DNA of 64,000 bases from Pseudomonadota bacterium (GCA_021848345.1 JAJZUV010000011.1:8080-72079), one strand, 5' to 3'; counted from the first letter of the stretch, positions 22,822 through 33,058 are shown. Numbers and translations are program-made. Notes: generated by a model from the sequence alone, not told the origin.

Positions 22822-23922
22822 ATGCAAGGCCCGAGCGCCCTGTTCCAGCCGCTGAAGCTGGGAAGCCTGGAACTGTCCAATCGCATCGTCATGGCCCCGC
22901 TGACGCGCTCGCGCGCCGCGCAGCCCGGCGACGTGCCCTCGGAGATGAATGCGCGCTACTACGCGCAGCGCGCCTCGGCGGGCCTGATCATCTCCGAGGC
23001 CTCGCAGATCAGCCGCCAGGGCCAGGGCTACGCCTTCACGCCGGGCATGTACACGGATGCCCAGGAACGCGGCTGGCGCCTGGTCACCGAGGCCGTGCAC
23101 GCGGCCGGGGGTCGCATCGCCGCGCAACTCTGGCACGTGGGGCGCATCTCGCACCACCTGCTGCAGGAGCATGGACAGCCGCCGGTGGCGCCGTCGGCGC
23201 TGCGCGCGGAGCATGGCGAGTCCTTCGTCGTGCTGCCCGAGGGGCCCAGGCGGGTGCCGTGCGACGCGCCGCGCGCGCTGCGCACCGAGGAAATCCCCGG
23301 CATCGTGGCCGATTACGCCCACGCGGCCGAGCGCGCGCTGCGCGCGGGTTTCGACATGCTCGAACTGCACGCGGCCAACGGCTACCTGCTGCAGCAGTTC
23401 CTGGCCCCCAACAGCAACTTGCGCACGGACCGCTACGGAGGCAGCCTGGAACACCGCGCGCGCATCGTGCTGGAGGCGCTGGACGCGCTGATCGGCGTGG
23501 CCGGCGCCGACCGCGTGGGGGTGCGCATTTCCCCGCATTTCGTGCGTCACGACATCGACGATCCCGAGACCGAGGCCATGCACCTGTACCTGGCCCGCGA
23601 GTTCGACCGCCGCGGCGTGGCCTATGTGCACACGGTGGACTCCTCGTGGTCCGCGGGCCCGGCGCTGAGCGACGAGTTCCACGCCCGGCTGCGCCAGGCC
23701 TACGGCGGGCGCATCATCGTGTGCGGCGGCTACGACGCCGCGCGCGGCGCGGCGCGCATCGCGCAGGGCGTGGCCGACGCGGTGGCCTACGGCCGCGCCT
23801 TCATCGCCAACCCGGACCTGGTGCGGCGCATGCGCGAGGGCGCCGCGCTGAACACGCCCGACCCGGCGACCTTCTACGGCGGCGCCGAGCACGGCTATCT
23901 CGACTACCCGGCGCTGCCCTGA
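22822..23922 (+). CDS. Old yellow enzyme-family alkene reductase (NemA-like)
   Basis: [40 protein letters not shown]. Confidence 0.93.
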   Translation: MQGPSALFQPLKLGSLELSNRIVMAPLTRSRAAQPGDVPSEMNARYYAQRASAGLIISEASQISRQGQGYAFTPGMYTDAQERGWRLVTEAVHAAGGRIAAQLWHVGRISHHLLQEHGQPPVAPSALRAEHGESFVVLPEGPRRVPCDAPRALRTEEIPGIVADYAHAAERALRAGFDMLELHAANGYLLQQFLAPNSNLRTDRYGGSLEHRARIVLEALDALIGVAGADRVGVRISPHFVRHDIDDPETEAMHLYLAREFDRRGVAYVHTVDSSWSAGPALSDEFHARLRQAYGGRIIVCGGYDAARGAARIAQGVADAVAYGRAFIANPDLVRRMREGAALNTPDPATFYGGAEHGYLDYPALP

Positions 23923-23998
23923 CCGCCTCGCCACATCGGGCATCTCCTACAATTCCACGCTTCAAATGCGTCTATCCGCCGCAGGCGGCTCCTCCACC

Positions 23999-25335
<1,337 letters not shown>

Positions 25336-25339
<4 letters not shown>

Positions 25340-25656
25340 GCCCCGGCGCGCTGCGTGGCGCGGTGGTGCCGCGGGCGAACGTGTATTTCGACGGACGCTG
25401 CGTCAGCCACACGGTGCAGCTCGACGACGGCAGCCGCAAGAGCGTGGGCGTGATCCTGCCCGGCAGCACGCTGCTGTTCAACACCGGCGCGCCGGAGGTG
25501 ATGCAGGGCGCGGGCGGCTGGTGCGAGTGGCGCATGCAGGGCAGCCAGGACTGGAAGCGCAGCGCCGAAGGCGAGGAGTTCTCGGTTCCGGGCAACGCGC
25601 GCTTCGAGATCCGCACCGGCGACGAGGCCTACCACTACGTCTGCCACTTCGGCTGA
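25336..25656 (+). CDS. ppnP: Pyrimidine/purine nucleoside phosphorylase (DUF1255)
   Basis: [37 protein letters not shown]; ATGA overlap with argG. Confidence 0.88.
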
Positions 25657-25676
25657 GGCGCGAGCCGCGCCCGAAG

Positions 25677-25719
25677 CAAGGGCCGCCGGCGGGGAACCCT
25701 CCCCGCCCGCGGCCCTTCG
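25677..25719. terminator. GC-rich hairpin between convergent ppnP and sqr
   Basis: AAGGGCCGC...GGCGGGGA-ACCC-TCCCCGCC...GCGGCCCTT. Confidence 0.5.
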
Positions 25720-25734
25720 ACCTTGGGCGCGCCC

Positions 25735-27036
25735 TCAGCTCGACTGCCCGGGGTGCAGCACGCGGTCCTGCAGGCGCTTGAAGCCGATGAGCTTCATCAC
25801 GTACTTCTCGTAGATGGGCTCGGAGTTGCCGGTGCGCATCTTGCGCATGAAGTACTTCTCGAAGGCAATCTTGGCCAGGTGCACCCACTTGCCCGAGCCG
25901 AACCAGTTGACGTCGCGCGGCGGGATCTGCGGAATGGCCGCGAAGGCGGCTCCCGTGGTGCCGAAGTCGGCCAGGCAGATGGCTTGCCAGGTGCCCTTGT
26001 GGGTCGGCTGCGCGCCGGCCATCTGCTCCTCCAGGTTGTGCACGATGGCGGTGACCATGGACTCGATCATGAACCCCGTCTTGGGGACCCCGCAGGGCAC
26101 CGGCGTCGGCCCCACCGGAGGGATCGCGATGCACACGCCGGCGGAATAGATGTTGGGATACTTCGGGCTGCGCTGGTGCTCGTCGACGATGACGAAGCCG
26201 CGCGGATTGCACAACCCCTCCACCTTGGCCACCGCGTCGACGCCCTTGAAGGCCGGCAGCATCATCGAGTGCCGGAACGGCAGCTCGTGCTTGCGGAACA
26301 CGTTGCCCAGCGCGTCGAGTTCGTCCACGTACATCTTGCCCTGCTCGACCTTGGTGGTCCTGGCGTTGGTGATCCAGCGGATGTCGTGGTCGCGGAACTC
26401 ATGCTCCATGATGCCCTTGGAGTCGCCCACGCCGTCCAGGCCGAGGTGCCCGATGTAGGGTTCGGCGGTCACGAAGGTGATGGGCACCTTGCTGCGCAAG
26501 CGGCGCTTGCGCAGCGCGGCGTCCAGGATCATCGTGTACTCGTAGGCGGGGCCGAAGCAACTCGCCCCGGGCATGGCGCCGATGATCACGGGGCCGGGCT
26601 GCGCGCACAGGCGCTCGAAATCCTCGAAGCACTTCTCGGCATGGTCGATGGTGCAGATGGACTGGGTGAAGCCGGCGTGCGGGCCCGCTCCCTCCACCTC
26701 CTCGAAGGCCAGCTTCGGGCCGGTGGTGATGATCAGGAAGTCGTAGCTGACGCTGTCGCCGCCCTGCAGCACGATGGTGCTGGAGGCCGCGTCGATGGAT
26801 TGCGCCGGCCGCCCGATGAATTCGATGCCCTTGCGCTCCAGGTAGGGCGCGATGGGCAGCACGACCTGCTCGCGCGAACGCCAACCCACCGCGACCCAGG
26901 GGTTGGACGGCACGAACTGGAAATAGTCGACGCTGTTGATCACCGTGATGCGGTGTTCGCTGCCGAGCTTCGCCCTCGCCTCGTAGGCGGCGGGAAGTCC
27001 GCCGATACCCGCCCCAAGAATGACGATGTGTGCCAT
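25735..27036 (-). CDS. sqr: Sulfide:quinone oxidoreductase, type I (SqrA-like)
   Basis: MAHIVILGAGIGG, FQFVPSNPW, QSICT, ASCFGPAYE, PKTGFMIESM, ICLADFG, WVHLAKIAFEKYF. Confidence 0.95.
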   Translation of the reverse strand: MAHIVILGAGIGGLPAAYEARAKLGSEHRITVINSVDYFQFVPSNPWVAVGWRSREQVVLPIAPYLERKGIEFIGRPAQSIDAASSTIVLQGGDSVSYDFLIITTGPKLAFEEVEGAGPHAGFTQSICTIDHAEKCFEDFERLCAQPGPVIIGAMPGASCFGPAYEYTMILDAALRKRRLRSKVPITFVTAEPYIGHLGLDGVGDSKGIMEHEFRDHDIRWITNARTTKVEQGKMYVDELDALGNVFRKHELPFRHSMMLPAFKGVDAVAKVEGLCNPRGFVIVDEHQRSPKYPNIYSAGVCIAIPPVGPTPVPCGVPKTGFMIESMVTAIVHNLEEQMAGAQPTHKGTWQAICLADFGTTGAAFAAIPQIPPRDVNWFGSGKWVHLAKIAFEKYFMRKMRTGNSEPIYEKYVMKLIGFKRLQDRVLHPGQSS

Positions 27037-27123
27037 GGATGCCTTCCTCTCCTCGCAAAAGCCGGTGGTTGAGCCCCCGGTGTGAACCCCGGGGTGGATC
27101 GGGCAGCTTGCAGGATGCACCGC

Positions 27124-27144
27124 CCTGTATCGACGCAAAACAGG
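27124..27144. promoter_or_regulatory. CCTGT-N11-ACAGG inverted repeat (T-N11-A, LysR-type pattern)
   Basis: CCTGT ATCGACGCAAA ACAGG, 88 nt upstream of the sqr ATG. Confidence 0.3.
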
Positions 27145-27199
27145 ATAACCACCGATGCGAGCCGTGTTTCGCCGCGGACGGCAATGCCGTGGGGCGCGC

Positions 27200-27213
27200 T
27201 TGACGGGCATCAA
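27200..27213. promoter_or_regulatory. FNR/Anr-like box
   Basis: TTGAC-GGGC-ATCAA, 9/10 match to TTGAT-N4-ATCAA, midway in the divergent sqr/yeeE intergenic region. Confidence 0.55.
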
Positions 27214-27372
27214 TGCGCCTGCGAGCTCCCCTGGTGTTCCCCCCAAGCTGACTAACCCTAATACTCCCCACTGCATGTTTCTTTTGTATCTATACTCTCC
27301 CCGCTATCTGCACCGGATGCGCACGATCCTGCCGCGATTCGACGGCACAACGCCTGAGGAGACACGACCGCC

Positions 27373-27879
27373 ATGAAATCCCCTCGCCCTCTGTGGAACC
27401 CCTATGTAGCCGGCGTGGTGCTGGGCGCCGCGCTGCTGGCCACCTTCCTGGTGACCGGCAACGGCTACGGCGTGACCGGCGCCACCACGCTGGCCACGGC
27501 CGCGGCGGCCGGGCACCTCGCCGCCGGCACGGTGGCCCCCGGCACCTACCTGCACGGCCTGTTCGACGCCGGGCTGAATCACTGGATCACTTGGGAAGTC
27601 GTCGGCCTGGCCATCGGCGCGCTCGCCGGCAGCCTGCTGGCCGGACGCTTTCGCTGGGAGCTCGACGGCCCGGCGCGAGCGGCGCGCGGCTTGCGCCTGG
27701 TCCTGGCCCTGGCGGGAGGCACCGCCTCCGGCTTCGGGGCGCGCCTGGCCCTGGGCTGCACCAGCGGCATGGGCCTGTCCGGAGGCGCCACGCTGGCGGC
27801 CGCCGGCTTCCTGTTCCTGATCGGCTTTTTCGTCGCCGGCATCGCGTTCGGGCAAATCACCAAGGGGCTGTGGAAATGA
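27373..27879 (+). CDS. YeeE/YedE-family sulfur-compound transport membrane protein (half 1)
   Basis: WNPYVAGVVLG, multiple TM helices, GFGARLALGCTSG. Confidence 0.85.
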   Translation: MKSPRPLWNPYVAGVVLGAALLATFLVTGNGYGVTGATTLATAAAAGHLAAGTVAPGTYLHGLFDAGLNHWITWEVVGLAIGALAGSLLAGRFRWELDGPARAARGLRLVLALAGGTASGFGARLALGCTSGMGLSGGATLAAAGFLFLIGFFVAGIAFGQITKGLWK

Positions 27880-28451
27880 GTTTTCCTCTGGGGTATACGG
27901 GCCCGATCTCGGGCTTGCTACTGGGCACCGTATTCGGCTACGTGCTGGAGAACGCCGGTTTCGGCAGCGGCTGCAAGCTGACCGCGCAGCTGCGCTTCCA
28001 GGACTGGGCCGTGTTCAAGGTCATGTTCACCGCCATCGTGGTGGCCTCCGGCGGCCTGTACCTGCTGCAGGGCCTGGGCCTGATGAACGTGACCAACGAT
28101 CTGTTCGTCCCCTCCGTGTTCCTGTGGGGAAGCTCGCTGGGAGGCGTGCTCATCGGCGCCGGCATGGCCATCGGAGGCTATTGCCCCGGCACCTCGCTGG
28201 TGGCGTTCTGCTCCGGGCGGGTGGACGGGCTGGTGTTCCTGCTGGGCATCGTGCTGGGCACGCTGGGTTTCAACTCGGGCTACGAGTCCATCAAGACCTG
28301 GGCCTGGAAACAGGTGGGCCCCGACTCCCTGACCCTGCCGCAACTGCTGCACCTGCCGGCCTGGGCCGTGTGGGCGTTGCTGCTCGCGGTGCTGCTGGTC
28401 GTGGGCTACCTCACCCGCGGCAACGGCACCAGCGGGCGCCAGGCGGCTTGA
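27876..28451 (+). CDS. YeeE/YedE-family sulfur-compound transport membrane protein (half 2)
   Basis: GTVFGYVLE, QDWAVFKVMFTAI, GGYCPGTS; ATGA overlap with half 1. Confidence 0.85.
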   Translation: MSFPLGYTGPISGLLLGTVFGYVLENAGFGSGCKLTAQLRFQDWAVFKVMFTAIVVASGGLYLLQGLGLMNVTNDLFVPSVFLWGSSLGGVLIGAGMAIGGYCPGTSLVAFCSGRVDGLVFLLGIVLGTLGFNSGYESIKTWAWKQVGPDSLTLPQLLHLPAWAVWALLLAVLLVVGYLTRGNGTSGRQAA

Positions 28452-28616
28452 TCCGGGTCAAGCGCCCCGCGACCAGCCTCAGCGAAGCCCGGCTACCCGG
28501 CACTACGATGATCCGCTTTGCGTCACGCGGCCCGAGCTTGCGCGCAACCGCGCGAGCCGACGCCGCGGGCGCTCCCGACCCGCATTTCGTCGACCACCAT
28601 TGGAAGGAGACCGATC

Positions 28617-28883
28617 ATGGCGAAGTCCCGCATCAAGACCCGTATCAAGCTGTCCCACGCCCTGCCCGTGCTGGCGCTGGCCGCCGCGGCCGTGGCGCCC
28701 ATGCCCCAGGCGCTGCGCGCCGCGTCGCCCACGGCGCTGGCGCAGGCCTCGGCCAATCCCTGCGCGCCGGGCAACCCCTGCGCCCCGGGCGGAGCCAAGA
28801 AGAAGGCCAAGGCCGGCAACCCCTGCGCGCCCGCCGGCGGCAAGTCGAAGAAGAAGTCGGCCAACCCCTGCGCGCCGAACTGA
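28617..28883 (+). CDS. 88-aa probably exported peptide with four NPCAP repeats
   Basis: AAGGAG RBS at 28604-28609; basic N-terminus + hydrophobic stretch + A-x-A; NPCAP at 28755, 28773, 28818 and 28863 with Lys-rich spacers. Confidence 0.8.
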   Translation: MAKSRIKTRIKLSHALPVLALAAAAVAPMPQALRAASPTALAQASANPCAPGNPCAPGGAKKKAKAGNPCAPAGGKSKKKSANPCAPN

Positions 28884-28909
28884 GCATCGCAGGCACCGGC
28901 CGCAGCGCC

Positions 28910-29599
28910 GTGAGCACCCGCATCGCCCCTTCGCGCGAGCGATTGCTCGACGCGCTGCGCCGAGCGCCGCGCCGGCCGCTGGATGCGGCGCTCCAGGGCA
29001 CGCTTCGACACCTGCGCGCCAGCGCGCGCAGCGGCCGCGGCGTGCTGGCGGACCTGCTCGGGCGGGCCGAGGGCTTCGCCGAGTGGGAACACTACCCCCC
29101 GCGCGACGCGCTCGACGCGCGCAGCGGCTACCGCTTCTACTACCACGCCCACGCGGCGCAGCAACGAGTCCGAGGCGAGCACGGTCATTTCCACGTCTTC
29201 GCCCCGCGGCGCCCGCGCCGCGCGGGCGAAGCCGACTACGTGCACCTGTTCGGCCTGTCGGTCGATGCCCGCGGCATGCCGCTGCGCGTGTTCACCACCA
29301 ATCGCTGGGTCACCGCCGAGCACTGGCAGGACGCCGCCTGGACCCTGCGCGCACTGCGCCGGCTGGACCTTTCGCATGCTCGCCCGCGGCGCGTCGCCAG
29401 CTGGCTGGAGCACATGGCGCGATTGTTCGCACCCCAGATCGAGGCCGTGGTGCTCGAACGCGATCGACGGGTGGCCGAGCGCGCCCGTCGGCGCCCGCGC
29501 GAACAGGTGCTCGAGGACCGGCGCAGCCACATTCTCAGCCAGTGCGCCGCGGACCTGGCGCGCCAGCTCGACATCCTGCAGGCCGCGGATCTCGCCTGA
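28910..29599 (+). CDS. Uncharacterised His-rich protein (resembles DUF6969 from memory; unverified)
   Basis: WEHYP, YRFYYHAH, EHGHFHVF, HLFGLSVD, FTTNRWVT; GTG start inferred; same strand between the peptide and the rhodanese. Confidence 0.75.
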   Translation: MSTRIAPSRERLLDALRRAPRRPLDAALQGTLRHLRASARSGRGVLADLLGRAEGFAEWEHYPPRDALDARSGYRFYYHAHAAQQRVRGEHGHFHVFAPRRPRRAGEADYVHLFGLSVDARGMPLRVFTTNRWVTAEHWQDAAWTLRALRRLDLSHARPRRVASWLEHMARLFAPQIEAVVLERDRRVAERARRRPREQVLEDRRSHILSQCAADLARQLDILQAADLA

Positions 29600-29652
29600 A
29601 GGCGACGCGACCGACCACCGTTCACGCTTGTTGTTCAACCCGGAGGAGAACC

Positions 29653-30639
29653 ATGAAGACCCTGAAGTACCTGCTGGCAGCCGGCTTCGTCGGCGCCTGT
29701 GTGCAATTGGCCTCTGCGGCCACCCTGCCCGGTCCGCTGGTCACGCCGCAATGGCTGCATCAGCACCGTTCCGAGGTGACCGTCCTGGATATCCGCGACG
29801 ACATGGACACGCTGACCCGCGCGCCCAAGTTCGAGGTGGACAAGAAGACCGGCGCGAAGAAGCTGGTGGCCACCGGCGGTCACCTGGAAGGCGCGCTGTC
29901 GGTGGACTTCGGCAAGATCCGCCAGAACAAGGAAATCGACGGCAAGAAGATCGTCGCCCAGCTGCCCAGCGCCGAGTACTTCACCAAGGTGATGGACGAG
30001 GCCGGCCTGGACAAGGGCAAGCCCATCGTCATCGTGCCCACCGGCGAGACCGTGGACACCATGGACATGGCCACGCGACTGTATTTCCAGCTGCGCTACT
30101 TCGGCGAGCCCGAAGGCCAGGTGGCGATTCTCAACGGCGGCGTCAATGCCTGGCTGCAGGACGGCCTGCCGGTGAGCACCGCCAAGGTCAGCGCCCCCAA
30201 GGGTGACTGGGCCGCCACCGGCGAGGACAAGCAGATCCTCGCCACGCTCGATCAGGTCAAGGAAGGCCTGCGCAGCGGCGCCGACCAGTTCGTCGACGCG
30301 CGTCCCACGCCGCAGTTCCTGGGCATCGTGGTCAAGCGTCCGGTGGACGCGGCTGGCGGCCACCTGCCCGGCGCGCGCTCCTTCCCCACCGACGCCATCG
30401 TGCGCCCGGTGGGCGCCGCGCACGAGTTCATGAGCGCCGCCGACTACCGCAAGATATACGCCGAGTACGGCATCCAGCCGGGCGCCTCGACCGTGACCTA
30501 CTGCAACACCGGGCACCTGGCCTCGGGCGCCTGGTTCGTGGATCACGAGATCCTGGGCAACCCCAAGACCCGCCTGTACACCGGTTCCATGACCGAGTGG
30601 ACCAACCTGGGCAACCCGACCGTCGGCCTGCCGGGCTGA
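29653..30639 (+). CDS. Exported tandem-domain rhodanese/sulfurtransferase
   Basis: GGAGGAG RBS; Sec signal MKTLKYLLAAGFVGACVQLASA; LVTPQWL, ILNGG, VDAR, GHLPGA, YCNTGHLA, LYTGSMTEW. Confidence 0.92.
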   Translation: MKTLKYLLAAGFVGACVQLASAATLPGPLVTPQWLHQHRSEVTVLDIRDDMDTLTRAPKFEVDKKTGAKKLVATGGHLEGALSVDFGKIRQNKEIDGKKIVAQLPSAEYFTKVMDEAGLDKGKPIVIVPTGETVDTMDMATRLYFQLRYFGEPEGQVAILNGGVNAWLQDGLPVSTAKVSAPKGDWAATGEDKQILATLDQVKEGLRSGADQFVDARPTPQFLGIVVKRPVDAAGGHLPGARSFPTDAIVRPVGAAHEFMSAADYRKIYAEYGIQPGASTVTYCNTGHLASGAWFVDHEILGNPKTRLYTGSMTEWTNLGNPTVGLPG

Positions 30640-30660
30640 GCGTCGGCAGGAAGAGGAACG

Positions 30661-30686
30661 AGGGGCGCCGTCGGCGCCCCTTTTTT
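30661..30686 (+). terminator. Rho-independent terminator closing the yeeE...rhodanese unit
   Basis: AGGGGCGCCG / CGGCGCCCCT hairpin followed by a T run. Confidence 0.8.
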
Positions 30687-30705
30687 CATCCCGCGACCGT
30701 GGCGC

Positions 30706-31728
30706 TCAGACCACCACCGGCTCGTATTCGAGTTCGATGCCGAAGCGCTCGCGCACCGCGTCGCGCACGCTCTCGGCCAGGCGCAGCACCTCGGCGCCGC
30801 TGGCACCGCCCCGGTTGACCAGCACCAGCGCGTGGCGCGCATCCACCGCCGCGGCGCCCACGCTGCGCCCCTTGCAGCCGCAGGCGTCGATCATCCAGGC
30901 CGCGGCAAGCTTGTAGGTGCCGTCCTCCAGGGGATAGCTGACGATCTCCGGGAACTCCTCCAGGATCTCGTTGCGAATGGTGCGGTTGACCACCGGGTTC
31001 TTGAAAAAACTACCGGCATTGCCCAGGCGCGACGGGTCCGGCAGCTTGGCGCGACGGATCGCGCACACCGCATCGAACACGTCCCGCGGCGAGGGCTCGG
31101 CCTGTCCCGCGCGCTCCAGATGGCGCTGCAGCTCGGCGTAGCCCAATTGCGCCCGCCAGGGCTTGGGCAGGCGCAGGCGTACCCGCGTGATCACCGACTT
31201 GCCCGCCAGCGCCCCCTTGAACAGCGAATCGCGGTACCCGAACCTGCAGGCCGCGCGCTCCAGGGTCACGGCGCGACCCGTGGTGAGGTCGACCAGGTCC
31301 AGCGATTCGAAGCGCTCCGACAACTCCATGCCGTAGGCGCCGATGTTCTGCACCGGAGCCGCCCCCACGGTGCCCGGGATCAACGCCAGGTTCTCCAGGC
31401 CGCCGAAACCCTGCTCCAGGCTCCAGCACACGAGTTCGTGCCAACCCACGCCGGCACCGGCCTCGATCAGCGTGGATTGGGCGTCGTCGTGCAGCACGCG
31501 CAGCCCGCCGATTTCCATTTTCAGCACCAGCCCGGCGGGATCCTGGGTGAGCAGCAGGTTGCTGCCCCCGCCCAGCACCAGCTTGGGCAGCCGCCCCAGT
31601 TCGGGGTGATCGACCACCGCGCGCACCTGCCTCGCATCGCCGATGCGCACCAGGCGGCGCGCCCGCGCGGGCACCCCGAAGGTGTTCAACCCCTGCAACT
31701 CGACATCGTCTTCGATCGCCAGATCCAT
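30706..31728 (-). CDS. murB: UDP-N-acetylmuramate dehydrogenase
   Basis: NTFGV, LGGGSNLL, IPGTVGAAPVQNIGAYG, GNAGSFFKNP, HALVLVN. Confidence 0.96.
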   Translation of the reverse strand: MDLAIEDDVELQGLNTFGVPARARRLVRIGDARQVRAVVDHPELGRLPKLVLGGGSNLLLTQDPAGLVLKMEIGGLRVLHDDAQSTLIEAGAGVGWHELVCWSLEQGFGGLENLALIPGTVGAAPVQNIGAYGMELSERFESLDLVDLTTGRAVTLERAACRFGYRDSLFKGALAGKSVITRVRLRLPKPWRAQLGYAELQRHLERAGQAEPSPRDVFDAVCAIRRAKLPDPSRLGNAGSFFKNPVVNRTIRNEILEEFPEIVSYPLEDGTYKLAAAWMIDACGCKGRSVGAAAVDARHALVLVNRGGASGAEVLRLAESVRDAVRERFGIELEYEPVVV

Positions 31729-31810
31729 ACAATTTCCCATCGCGGCCCTTCGGTCCGCCAAGCTTCATTATTCCCGCCACCGCGGACGCCCTGCACGTCC
31801 CCCAAAGCCC

Positions 31811-32296
31811 ATGCCCAGCTTCGACGCCGTCCTCGAACCCGACCTGATCCAAGTCCGCAACGCCGTGGACCAGACCGCCAAGGAAGTCGCCAATCGCTTC
31901 GACTTCAAGGGCAGCTCGGCGAAGATCGAACTCGCCGACAAGACCATCACGGCCTGGGCCGACAGCGACTTCCAGCTCGGCCAGTTGCGCGACGTGCTGC
32001 TGGCCAAGATGGCCAAGCGCGAAGTCGATCCGCGCTTCCTCGAACACGGCAAGCCCCAGCCCGCGGGCGGGGACAAGTTCAAGCAGGTGTTCACCGTGCG
32101 CTCGGGCATTCCCCAGGACCTGGCCAAGCGCATCACCGGCGCGATCAAGGAGTCGCGCATGAAGCTCCAGGCCTCGATCCAGGGCGACACCGTGCGGGTC
32201 ACCGGCGGCAAGCGCGACGACCTGCAGGCGGCCATCGCGCTGCTGAAAAAGCACATCGACGATACGCCGCTGTCGTTCCAGAATTTCCGCGACTGA
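31811..32296 (+). CDS. yajQ: YajQ-family nucleotide-binding protein
   Basis: MPSFD, NRFDFKG, ASIQGDTVRVTG, KRDDLQ, FQNFRD. Confidence 0.95.
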   Translation: MPSFDAVLEPDLIQVRNAVDQTAKEVANRFDFKGSSAKIELADKTITAWADSDFQLGQLRDVLLAKMAKREVDPRFLEHGKPQPAGGDKFKQVFTVRSGIPQDLAKRITGAIKESRMKLQASIQGDTVRVTGGKRDDLQAAIALLKKHIDDTPLSFQNFRD

Positions 32297-32335
32297 AGGC
32301 CTCCGCCCAGGTCGCCGGGGCCGGCGCGGGCCGGC

Positions 32336-32998
32336 TCAGTGCGGAGGCTTGCGCCCTGCGCCCGCGGACTTCGCGCCGATGCGGCTTTCCTCGCCGCGCA
32401 GCAGCTTGCGGATGTTGTGCTGGTGGCGCCAGATCACGAGCAGCGAGATGGCGCCCAGCGCGACCACCATGGCCGGCTGCAGGTTCCACACCAGGTCCTG
32501 CCCGAGCAGCGCGTAGAAAGGCGCGAACACCGCCGCGGCCAGCGCGGCCAGCGAGGAGTAGCGGAAGAACACCGCGACGACCAGCCAGGTGAGCACGGTC
32601 GCCAGGCCCAGCCAGCCACTGGCCGCCAGCAGCACGCCGGCCGCGGTGGCCACGCCCTTGCCGCCGCGAAAGCCGAGGAACAGCGGCCACATGTGCCCGA
32701 TCACCACGGCCAGTGCCACCAGCGGCACCGCCGCCGTCTCCAGCCAGCCGGCCTGGGCGGCGCGCTGCGCCAGCCACACCGCCAGCCAGCCCTTGCCCCC
32801 ATCGAGCAACAAGGTCAACGCGGCCGCGGCCTTGCTGCCCGAGCGCAGCACATTGGTGGCGCCGGGATTGCCCGAGCCGTAGCTGCGAGGATCGGCCAGG
32901 CCCATGGTGCGGCTGACCAGCACCGCGAACGGCAGCGAGCCGAGAAGGTAGGCGAGCGCGGCCGCGAGCAGCGCAACAATCGTCGAGACAGGTTCCAT
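32336..32998 (-). CDS. plsY: Glycerol-3-phosphate acyltransferase
   Basis: [39 protein letters not shown]. Confidence 0.95.
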   Translation of the reverse strand: MEPVSTIVALLAAALAYLLGSLPFAVLVSRTMGLADPRSYGSGNPGATNVLRSGSKAAAALTLLLDGGKGWLAVWLAQRAAQAGWLETAAVPLVALAVVIGHMWPLFLGFRGGKGVATAAGVLLAASGWLGLATVLTWLVVAVFFRYSSLAALAAAVFAPFYALLGQDLVWNLQPAMVVALGAISLLVIWRHQHNIRKLLRGEESRIGAKSAGAGRKPPH

Positions 32999-33058
32999 CG
33001 GCGCGGATTCTAGTGTCGCCTCGGGCGGGCTTCGGCGGCCAAGGCCTAAAATGCGGGA

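Noticed and set aside
28755-28880. NPCAP DNA repeats as a mini CRISPR or REP array
   Set aside because: The repeats are in frame, vary at third codon positions, have irregular spacing (18 and 45 nt) and there are no cas genes; they are coding repeats.
28881-28909. Selenocysteine read-through of the peptide's TGA
   Set aside because: No bacterial SECIS-like hairpin is recognisable and the TGA does not fall at a Cys position of the repeat.
28124-29599. 491-aa ORF and the 679-aa ORF 28600-30639 suggesting fusions in the sulfur locus
   Set aside because: Their upstream parts are off-frame overlaps of the yeeE, peptide and His-rich genes; each real gene has its own start, and the peptide and rhodanese have clear RBSs.
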